Assembly (NCBI RefSeq): GCF_947568905.1
Contig: NC_079173.1
Span: forward strand, 15,748,001-15,812,000
DNA: 64,000 nt
Origin: Ostrea edulis
Taxonomy: Eukaryota
Reading direction: 5' to 3'
A model generated the notes under the pieces. That model was not told the origin of the DNA, did no database searches, and saw only the letters and a list, made by a program, of their open reading frames with translations. The position numbers and the translations under genes are program-made. Shown piece after piece: positions 52,566 to 63,042 of the stretch (positions are counted from its first letter, which is position 1; the number at the start of each line of letters is the position of its first letter).

Positions 52566-52570
52566 TATAT
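52199..52570. mobile_element. tRNA(Ser/Leu)-headed SINE-like element present as head-to-head inverted copies, inserted in (TA)n
   Basis: About 80-bp perfect arms at 52222-52301 and 52363-52444. The minus strand reads gtcgttgTGGCCGAGTGG...GGTTCGACCCC. (TA)n lies on both sides. Confidence 0.75.
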
Positions 52571-53843
52571 TCATTTGTTTTCATTCCAACGTGTCCATAA
52601 GTCATTGATCTAATAAGTAAAAATTAAATTTACCGCGTCGTACATGAGCAATCATTTTAAAATGAATCATTATCATCTCTTTCTCAACTTTTTTTTATTA
52701 TCTAGAATACTGTATTATATTGAAACTCTTTGAAGAATTTGTGTTCTGTTTGGAAAAATATTTCAACCAAGTTAATAAATTACAACATTTGAACTAGTTC
52801 CAAGTCTCAACTACCTGTATCATAAATTTTAAAACTGAAATACACGTATAGGAGTATAAAGATAGACGATACATTGGATGAAACAGAAACTGTAATATCA
52901 TGCAGATTTAGAACTTTTTGATTAATGAATCCTTCCGCCACAAAATGTAGTCCCTGTCAAACCCTTCCAAAATTTGAATTGACACGAAATTTTTAACCAA
53001 ATGCATAGGGTTCAGCAATAGATGTGTACTATGTTTGCACCAATGGGATCAGCATTGAACTTACATGTAGTTGTAGAATCCTGCGCAGTTGTGCTCCAAT
53101 AATCGTTATCCGGGACTTTCGGCTTTCGGCCATACTACATTTACCACTTGCCTAACCGATTTTGTGTTGGCGACATTTCAGTTTAAGAATTTAAACTTAT
53201 CATTATTGGATTTTTTTTTTAATTATGTGAATCAATTTGGACATAAAACTTGTTTCCGAAAAGTATGAAGTTATTCTGTTCGCCGGTTTTGACATTATCT
53301 ATAAAACATCGCAATCCGGAACCATCGGGAGTCGGGAGTTGGCAGTACTAGATTTACCGCATGCCCTTAAAAGTTGGTTCTCCTTTGGAGCACCAGCTTA
53401 TAGGAAAATGAAAGCGAAACTTATTATAAATGGGTCCTCACTGAACACTTCAGTCCTGTCGAGACCACGGCATGTAAAGTGTCATTTGACTTAACAATCG
53501 TACAGTCGATCTGAAGTGCAGTTGTTCCTAGTTTTTATGTGTTTCAGGGTATGTTGATATTTAGATTTTCTTTTGTTACCACTGGATCTGGAGTTCGAAA
53601 TGTTACGTACTGTATCATAATTTGACATAAACTTGAAAAAAGTCGCATAAAATTCACTCGATTGACCAAGCCATGAGCAACGAGTTAGCATAGGACAAAA
53701 ATATCCCGAAGTTTGCACCTAATGTGTGAGGACAAAGCTCTATCAAATCATCGTAACTTTAGACATTTGATCTGTTCGATTGCAAGCCTTATGCTATGAT
53801 GTAAACAGTGCATTGTGACATCATATTCAGCATCGGTGCACAG

Positions 53844-53921
53844 GGGCATCTTATCCGCTCTGTTCTCTATCACCCATACATAGATATATGTGTGATAGAG
53901 AACTGAGCGGATAAGATGCCC
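53844..53921. repeat. Isolated 30-bp-arm hairpin upstream of MIOS
   Basis: gggcatcttatccgctctgttctctatcac / gtgatagagaactgagcggataagatgccc, with one mismatch. Confidence 0.85.
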
Positions 53922-54127
53922 TTCAATTCACAAACATAGGAGACGTGGTAGAATCACGTCAATCAAAGAGTGATTATATATATGATTAAGAAAATTAGAT
54001 TTACATGCTTTTACGGATTTTATCAGGTCCAGTCAACAGGGTTTTGATAATCTGAGCAAACTGGTATATAGTCCACACTATTTACTATATATACCAGTTT
54101 GCTCAGATTGTGTCAAAACCCTGTGCA

Positions 54128-54762
54128 CTGGTCCAGTCCAAAGACTATTTCTACCTACGTAGCTATTAATAGCTACCCTAGATAACTAGATATTGAAACC
54201 TACTTAAAGTAGCTATTTCTACCTACTTTTACCTGTTTTTAAAAACATAAATAATAATTAAGGCGCATCTTTTAAACAGGTCAGTCGTTTTATGTATCAT
54301 GTTGTGCATAGCAAAATTCGGAGTGTAAATTTAAATACTTTACGAGGGTGGAGAATGTAGAGGAAATGCATGAAAAATCGCCCCAAAAACCTTTAATGTA
54401 AAAATGCATGAAGGTAAACTTTAGAATTAATACAGATTTTTAAGACATTCTAGACTTCTTATCACGTACATGTAGCTTTGATCCTAAGCTCCTAAAAAAT
54501 GGAACTGGGTGTAGTTATTGATGCAAATTTGAAAGGTTAGAAAGTAATAATTTTTTGTCCAATATTTTTGTGTTATTCATCGTCAGTGTAAGTGAATCAA
54601 GAAATTTGGTACACACCATATTGTGCAGTTCCTGTGTTTGGCCACGAAATGCAAGTAAAGGAAAAAGTAGACACTAGATAAAATAGCTACCTGGAGTAGG
54701 TTTAAATACCTAAGTAGCTATAAGTAATCACGTAGGTAGAAATAACCTTTGGACTGGACCTG
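54128..54762. mobile_element. MITE; small palindromic elements also at about 48535-48605 and 54035-54125
   Basis: TIR ggtccagtccaaag...tttctacctacgt / acgtaggtagaaa...ctttggactggacc. Confidence 0.7.
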
Positions 54763-55555
54763 TATATGTAACATCTCAGAATGATGTAAACTTAAGTACA
54801 TGAGATTCAAAATGGAGAAATATATGTGTACACGCCTGTATTCGAATCAACACCATTTAGAACAAAATTTGAAGTTCCATAGGTATAGTTTGATTTTTCA
54901 TTAGTTTTCAATATATTCCTTTTAAAGAGAGTTTTGCCCTCTATCAATTGAAGTTTCATGTTGTACGTGCCAAAAGCTGTCTATATTATCTTCTTCAAAG
55001 AGTGACAGGTCCTCTTTGCTGGACTGTTCATGTAACAGAACCACTTCACATTCACAACACTTGGAGTTTCCTGCACTAGTTCCATATCAAACGTGTGAAA
55101 ATGATAAAGTGCAGGAAAATGCAGTGAGTAAATAAATAAGAGTAGACCTAGTGGATTTCAGCTACCGTGAATTAAAAACCAAAATGTCCCTCATTAAACC
55201 ATGTGTTGTGTATCTAAGTCTTCTTAAATCAGCCTTGTAAGGGCTCATACATCTAAGTCCTCTCTAAGTTTGTTCTTGTTCAGTATGTTCATAGAAAATA
55301 ATTGTGTTTGTGTACAGTAAATGTTAGATAGAATGTTCTATCGTTAAAGTGATAATGTCCTAAAAACGCAGTTGAGGGCCTGTCCCGAGACACAGTTAGA
55401 TTATTCTAACTAAGTAAATGTTGACTGTTACCAAAGAAATCACGGTATTGTGGTGAGTGTACATTACATACATGTACTAATAGATGTACTAATAGATCGT
55501 AAACTTTTCTATTTGGTAATTTCTTTCAGATTGATGCAGAATTAATTGTGTCATA

Positions 55556-58500
55556 ATGAACAGTCTGAAAGTTGAGTGGTCGCCTATTCACGAGGACCTC
55601 TTTTGTACCTCCAGTCAAAACAAGATACTGTTGTACAAAGTTGTGAAGTCAAGGGAAAAGCCAGCACAGAAAGGTATCAATAAAAATTGACTATATATGA
55701 ACTGTAAGAAACTCACATCAAATCAGCTAGTCACCAGGGACTGATTACTTGTATATAAACTGAGTAAGAAATCCGCATCAAATCAGCCAGACAAGAGTGA
55801 CTGATTACATACTGTAGTTTTTATTTTTAGATCTGGAAGAGATTTGAAATGACAGTTGACAATGTATTTTTTTGTGTTCATCTGAAAATGTATTCTTTAT
55901 TTTAATTCAGAATTAATTCATACATATGCATTTACGATGTCGTTGGTCTTTGATTATATTTCAGTTCCAGTTGTAAAGCAGATAGCAGATTCGTTATGGG
56001 CGATAGAACAACCTAAGGCTATAGAAATGGGAATGTTAAAGGTTTGTGTAGAACAACCTAAGGCTATAGAAATGGGAATGTTAAAGGTTTGTATAGAACC
56101 TAAGGCTATAGAAATGGGAAAGTTAACGGTCTATATTTGCCTTTTCTGTCAATGATCTTTGAATCTAGCGATGTTTGATATTTTCTATTACTTTTATTGT
56201 TTACAGACAGTCGCCTGGTACCCTAAGGCTTATATTACTAATTTAAAATACCGTATAGCAGGTTTATTCCGTGGGTCTAAAATTTGGCATTTTGCTGGCC
56301 GAAAGGTATGCTAATAATTCTTAGGCTAGTGGAATAAGGTTTTGCGAACAGGGAAGAGTTATCTCTCTTTCAAATACTGAAGTCGCAATTGGGTCTATGT
56401 TTGGCAAGTCAAATTTTGACACAAAGCTTCCTAACCGCTAAAATAAGCCAAAATTATAACCCCGTGGAAAAAACCTGCTATATGGTATGTTGTTTACGGA
56501 TAGTTGTCTGGTACCCTAACCCTGATATGACTTAATATATTGTTGTCAGACTGTTGCCTGGTACCCTAAACCTGATATGACTTAATATATTGTTGTCAGA
56601 CAGTTGCCTGGTACCCTAAGGCTGATATGACTTTATATATTGTTGTCAGACAGTTGCTTGGTAACCCTAAGGCTGATATGACTTATATTATTTACAGACA
56701 GTTGCCTGGTACCCTAAGGCAGAACCAGATAAAATGCTGGCCATGGGACTAGCAAATGGAAGAGTGATCCTAAACAAGTAAGAACTTGGATCTGTTTTTG
56801 ATGTTGCATTATTATTGAGTTATGTAATGCATGGATTCTAAAGGAATTAAATGTACAAATTCGGATGTGTTCCACAGTAGTGACCTATTGTTGAAGTCTT
56901 GTGTACAATTGGTGTTCACCACTATCTATTAAGCATGTAGAATGTTAACTGTGTTTTACTGTAAGCATGAATTCATTATAAGCATATTCACTGTAACCGT
57001 GTTTTACTGTAAGCATGAATTCATTATAAGTGTGTTCTCTGTTACTGTGTTTTACTGCAAGTATGAATTCATTATAAGCGTGTTTGCTGTAACTGTGTTT
57101 TACTGTAAGTGTGAATTCATTATAAGCATGTTCACTATAACCGTGTTTTACTGTAAGTGTGAATTCATTATAAGTGTTTTCACTGTAACCATGTTTCACT
57201 GTAAGTGTGAATTCATTATAAGTGTGTTCTATGTAACCATGTTTTACTGTAAGTGTGAATTCATTATAAGTGTTTTCACTGTAACCGTGTTTTACTGTAA
57301 GTGTGAATTCATTATAAGCATGTTCACTATAACCGTGTTTTACTGTAAGTGTGAATTCATTATAAGTGTTTTCACTGTAACCATGTTTCACTGTAAGTGT
57401 GAATTCATTATAAGCATATTCACTGTAACCATGTTTTACTGTAAGTGTGAATTCATTATAAGCATGTTCACTATAACCGTGTTTTACTGTAAGTGTGAAT
57501 TCATTATAAGGATGTTCACTATAACCGTGTTTTACTGTAAGTGTGAATTCATTATAAGTGTTTTCACTATAACCGTGTTTTACTGTAAGTGTGAATTCAT
57601 TATAAGCATGTTCACTATAACCATGTTTTACTGTAAGTGTGAATTCATTATAAGCATGTTCACTATAACCGTGTTTTACTGTAAGTGTGAATTCATTATA
57701 AGCATGTTCACTATAACCGTGTTTTACTGTAAGTGTGAATTCATTATAAGCATGTTCACTATAACCGTGTTTTACTGTAAGTGTGAATTCATTATAAGCA
57801 TGTTCACTATAACCATGTTTTACTGTAAGTGTGAATTCATTATAACCGTGTTTTATGTATTATCTATAATCTCTCTCAGTATGATAGTGTTAGGAGCTTA
57901 TTCTGCTCAGTTACATCCATCCATTGCTTTGTCATAAAGCTTTAGCTGCCCCATTGGTTAATAATAGCAATTCATCATGTTTGCGGAGATGAGACAGTGC
58001 TTTTGATAATTCTTGTTTATTTTTATTACAGTTTCAATGAAAATAATGACAGTGACTTGATTAAGAAAGAATTTGGTGAGTGTTGTACACTATTACTATG
58101 AAGTGACTGTGATTTTATTTACATTTTTGCTTTCATTTTCTGAATCAACTTAATTGCATAATTAAAATTTGTTACCCATCATTGTAGTTCCCAAGCACAC
58201 AAGGTCTTGTATTTATTTGAAATGGAACCCTGTGGACAGTCATTTGGTATGTATTTGTATGTTTTTGTATGTATATACCGTATAGCACGTTTTTTCTGCG
58301 GAGTGATAAATTTGGCTCATTTTAGCGGTTAGATAGCTTTCCGCCAAAATTTCACTTGCCAAATATGCACCCAACTGTGACTTCACTATTTGCAAAAGAG
58401 ATAACTCTACCTTGTCCACGAAAATTTATTGTGCTTAAATTATTAGCATACCTTTGAGCCAGCAAATCGCCAAATTTTAGACCCGCAGAAAAAATCCGCT

Positions 58501-60889
58501 ATATGATATATGTATGTATGGATATATATATTGATGGATGACAAAAAAAAAAAACTGCCAAAACTTGATCAATTTTAATAAATCTTCTGTTGTACAGCCA
58601 CACATGTGTAAGAAACCCATAATGCACTGTTCGTTGTTGTTCTTTTTTCAGCTTGCTGAGGGATTGGAGAAGTACAGAAATGATAGCTGTATCAACATAT
58701 GGAACATCCATCACAAGCCTGGCAATGAGCTCGGGGAGCGGCAGCGATATAGCTCTAGTGTCAGTGATACTACTGGTGCCATACACACGCCCTACGTAGA
58801 AATTGGGGGTAAGTCAACACGCCCTACGTAGAAATTGGGGGTAAGTCAACACGCCTTGCGTAGATATTGGGGGTAAGTCATCATGCCCTACGTAGAAATT
58901 GGGGGTAAGTCAACACGCCCTACGTAGAAATTGGGGGTAAGTCAACACACCTTGCGTAGAAATTGGGGGTAAGTTAACACGCCCTATGTAGAAATTGGGG
59001 GTAAGTTAACACGCCCTATGTAGAAATTGGGGGTAAGTTAACACGCCCTACGTAGAAATTGGGGGTAAGTCACTCGGGTGTCGTACACATTCTGTTTACT
59101 TGATCAAGGTCTAGGGTTCATGGTGGGTGTGACTGGTTGACAGGGGATTGATCAAGGTCTAGGGGTCACGGTGGGTGTGACCGGTTGACAGGCGATGCTT
59201 GAAATCAAATATCGTTTTATTCCATGCAGGAGTGTACTGTACAGATAGAAATCGCATCAGTATGAAGTATTTACCGAGTCACAATCTGCCATGAAGACAG
59301 TATATCTTTTTTGATTTCATTCCTTTACCTGTATGTTTGTAGGACCATCTGAAACAACAGCATCATTCGATTGGTTCAAGAAAGAACCCAGGACGTTTGT
59401 GACAGGGATGAATGCAAGATACCTCAGGATTTACGATCTAAGAGGTAGGATTTAATCTACAGATAAAAGTAGGTCTGATAGAATTATACGTAACTTAAAG
59501 ATAAATGTATGTCAGATAGAATTATACGTAATCTACAGATCTATAAAAGTAGGTCAAATAGTATTATACATAACCTATAGATAAAAGTACGTCAGATAGA
59601 ATTATACATGTACATAATCTACAGATAATTCATAGAATCGTGTACAGATAGAACGAACTCTTACAATACGTAATTCATAGAATCGTGTACAGATAAAACG
59701 AACTCTTACAATGCGTAATTCATAGAATCATGTGCAGACAGAACGAACTATTACAATACGTAATTCATAGAATCGTGTACAGATAGAACGAACTCTTATA
59801 ATTCATAATTCATAGAATCGTGTACAGATAGAACGAACTCTTACAATACGTAATTCATAGAATCATGTACAGATATAACGAACTCTTACAATACGTAATT
59901 CATAGAATCGTGTACAGATAGAACGAACTCTTACAATACGTAATTCATAGAATCGTGTACAGATAGAACAAACTCTTACAATACGTAATTCATAGAATCA
60001 TGTACAGACAGAACGAACTCTTATAATTCATAATTCATAGAATCGTGTACAGATAGAACGAACTCTTACAATACGTAATTCATAGAATTGTGTACAGATA
60101 GAATGAACTCTTACAATACGTAATTCATAGAATCCTGTACAGATAGATCAGACTATTATAATACGTAATTCATAGAATCATGTACAGGTAGATCAGACTA
60201 TTAAAATTCATAATTCATAGAATCGTGTACAGATAGAACAAAGTCTTATAGTATGACATTTGTGACTGTTATACATACTCCCTCATCTCAGGCAAGGTCT
60301 ATTATTCAGCATTATATAACAAAGAGCAAAATACAAAATTGAGATGCCTCAACTTTCATTTGGAAAAATATGAATTGATAACATGATTAACATATTCAAT
60401 TGCTGATTATTATTTTATTATTACACTAAAAATATTTGTATTTCGTCTTCTGATTTGTGGTTTTTCCCTCCTGATTTGTATTTTTTTTTTCTGACAGAAA
60501 GATAAGTTACTTTTTGATTCTAGGGTAGACACTAAACATAAAAACAAACTTGGAGTGGCCTTATTGCTATAGAGGAGTTCATTTTTACTTAGACGGTTAT
60601 GCTCTGGTTTCAATTTTACTTGGTTATGCTCTGGTTTCATTTTTACATGGTTATGCTCTGGTTTCAATTTTTGTTTTGCACCAAAGTTTGTGGCTCTGCT
60701 TCAATAAAGATTTTGTTGGACCAGGTATTTAACTTGTGGACAACTTGATGACAATTTTTATTCTATATTTTTATGCTTTTTAGCTCACTTGAGCTGAAAG
60801 TTCAAGTGAGCTTTTCTGATCGCCTGTTGTCCTTCGTCTGTCTGTCCGGTCGGCTGTCCGGCTGTCTGTAAACCTTTTACATTTTCGAC

Positions 60890-60931
<42 letters not shown>

Positions 60932-62811
60932 CAAAAGCATCCTTGAGTGAAGGGCATTCAAGTTTGTTCAAATGAAGGGTAATGTCCCTTTCAAAGGAGA
61001 GAAAATCGCAAAAATAGGGTGGGGTCATTTAAAAATCTTCTTTTCAAGAACCACTGGGCCAGAAAAGCTGAAATTTACATGAAAGCTTCCTGACATAGTG
61101 CAGATTCAAGTTTGTTCAAATCATGGCTCCCGGGGGTTAAATGGGGCCACAATTGGGGATCAAAGTTTTACATACAAATATATACTAGGAAAAATCTTTA
61201 AAAATCTTCTCAAGAACCACTGAGTCAGAAAAGCTAAGATTTACATGAAAGTTTCCTGACATTATGCAGATTCAAGTTTGTTCAAATCATGGCCCCCGGG
61301 GATATGATGGGGCCACAATAGGGGATCAAAGTTTTACATACAAATATATAGGGAAAATCATTAAAAATCTTTCTGATGAAAAATCACTGGGCCAGAAAAG
61401 CTTACATTCACATGAAAGCTTCCTGACCTAGTGCAGATTCAATTTTGAAAAAATCATGGCCCCCAGGAGTAGGTTGGGGTCACAATAGGGATCAAAGTTT
61501 AACATGCGTATAGGAAAAATCTTTAAATGTGAGCCAAGGTGACTCAGGTGAGGGTTGTGGCCCATGTGGCTCTGGGTTTTCTTTTGTTGCTCACTACAAA
61601 AACAAAGCAAAATGTTCAAAGATTGATAATGAAACCGCAGTACATGTGTTTATGAATTTATTTCTAGCATTAAGTTTTTTATTTTTAGATTGCTCACGTC
61701 CACAGATCCAGACACAGACAAAAATGATCCGTGGTGTGTGCGTGGACAAACAGAACGAGCATAGAATCGCCTCATTTAACGAGGTCAGTTGTCCGGGGGG
61801 GGGGGGGGGGGGGGGGGCATAGAATCGCCTCATTTAACGAGGTCAGTTGTCCGGGGGGGGGGCATAGAATCGCCTCATTTAACGAGGTCAGTTGTCGGGG
61901 GGAGAGAACAACTAAATTCACTGGAAGAATTAGTTTTGAATGAAAAATTTATTCATGCATAGTTAACAAACAGGGTTCTACAAGAAAATTCATGCACAGT
62001 TAACAAATGGGGTTCTACAAGAAAGTTGTATTGAGTTTGCCTGGTTTTCTAGTTTTTAGGTCACCTAGTGACTCAATTTGATCTGCATCCATCATTGTGT
62101 ATTAACAATTGAACATTTTTAACTTCTTCTTGATAACTACAACTCCTTTTTTTCAAAGTTTATATGGAGCATCTTTGGGATATAGGGAACATCAATTGTT
62201 ACTTTTAGTACTCCTAGAGTTTTTGACTCCAGGTTGAATCCCAACTTGGCATATAGTGTTTATGTGTAAACATTTAAATAACATCTTCTTTAATGCTACT
62301 GATATTAAATTGAAAGTAAATGGATAGAGCAGGTAGTTTCTCAACAAATAGCTAATATTTTCCAGGGCTTAGATATTCATATTTACATCATTGAATTGGT
62401 GTGATAAAAACTTCTCTGGGATTGCCTTTAGGGTTGCAGCTAGGTCAAAGGACATGGTCTTTCCATCCTTAAAAATAGATACTGATGACAGCATTTCTAA
62501 AAATAAATACTGATCACAGCATTTCTATAAATACTCAGCTTAATATATAATGATCAAATAATTTCTTAAAATAGACACTGATCGCAGCATTTCTAAGAAT
62601 AGATAGTGAATGCAGCATTTCTAAAAATAGATACAGATCTTAGTATTTCTTCAGTATTATGACCTTGACCTACATGTGAACCAAAGTTAAAAAATCCAAA
62701 CTAGAACTTGACTGCAGTTGGAGGAATTTATGTCTATAAATATACACATGTTTATTTTTATGTTTTCAGAACCACGTCAGTGTCTGGGATGTGCGGAACT
62801 TTGACAAACCA
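55556..62811 (+). CDS. MIOS: Gene E: GATOR2 complex WD40 protein MIOS, 5' portion (continues beyond the window)
   Basis: Exons 55556-55673, 55965-56041, 56698-56777, 58032-58075, 58188-58246, 58652-58808, 59343-59444, 61689-61783 and 62770-62811, all phase-consistent. TVAWYP...LAMGLANGRVIL, DLIKKEFVPKHTRSC..LKWNPVD, LAEGLEKYR.D....IW, YDLR, TK.IRGVCVD...HRIASF and VWDVRNFDKP are collinear with recalled human MIOS. Confidence 0.93.
55992..56125 (+). repeat. 45-bp x3 duplication of the MIOS exon-2 end plus donor
   Basis: agaacaacctaaggctatagaaatgggaatgttaaag|gtttgt repeated. Confidence 0.9.
56195..56720 (+). repeat. About 6 copies of the MIOS exon-3 acceptor plus exon start, interrupted by a MITE (about 56250-56488)
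   Basis: (tttacag or tgtcag)|acagttgcctggtaccctaa repeated. MITE TIR ataccgtatagcaggtt / aacctgctatatggtat, with a sister MITE at about 58275-58508. Confidence 0.85.
56945..57850. repeat. 48-bp minisatellite derived from a MITE left end
   Basis: About 19 copies of gttttactgtaagtgtgaattcattataagcatgttcactataaccgt. The reverse complement matches 39279-39330. Confidence 0.9.
58786..59072 (+). repeat. 32-bp x about 9 duplication of the MIOS exon-6 end plus donor
   Basis: acacgccctacgtagaaattgggg|gtaagtca repeated. Confidence 0.92.
59445..60245 (+). repeat. Two abutting minisatellites starting at the MIOS exon-7 donor (about 40-bp degenerate, then 45-bp)
   Basis: aatctacagataaaagtaggtc(t/a)gatagaattatacgt units, then taattcatagaatcgtgtacagatagaacgaactcttacaatacg, about 14 copies. 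Confidence 0.9.
60777..61575 (+). mobile_element. HINE-like (Helentron-associated) element containing about 3 copies of a ~166-bp HindIII-site satellite monomer (Cg170-like)
   Basis: ttttagctcac.tgagc.gaaag.tcaagtgagc start, a tctg/tccg microsatellite, monomers with aaagcttcctgacatagtgcagattcaag, and the 3' gtgactcaggtgag...ggccc end. A further diverged element lies at about 62050-62520. Confidence 0.8.
61759..61900 (+). repeat. x3 duplication of the MIOS exon-8 end plus donor, with poly-G spacers
   Basis: gcatagaatcgcctcatttaacgag|gtcagttgtc(g)n repeated three times. Confidence 0.92.
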
Positions 62812-63042
62812 GTATCTTTCTCGTATCACAAACTACATCATGCAACGTGCAAAAGAACGAATTCAAAAAATATAATTGTTTCACAGATTGAACTCAGATT
62901 TACATGTCACAATTGTTGTGCAGAGTTCTTGATTGCACAAATGCATTATCACAAATTTATGCCATTAAATGTGACTAATTATATTATTTTTATAAAGGGA
63001 TATATCATTCAGCAAAATGTGAAGAATATGCATGTGCCATTA

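Noticed and set aside
56942-57937. 331-aa and 148-aa repetitive ORFs; likewise 16838-17302, 16985-17284 and 18230-18463
   Set aside because: Stop-free by chance because the unit lengths (48 and 15 bp) are multiples of 3; intronic repeat DNA.
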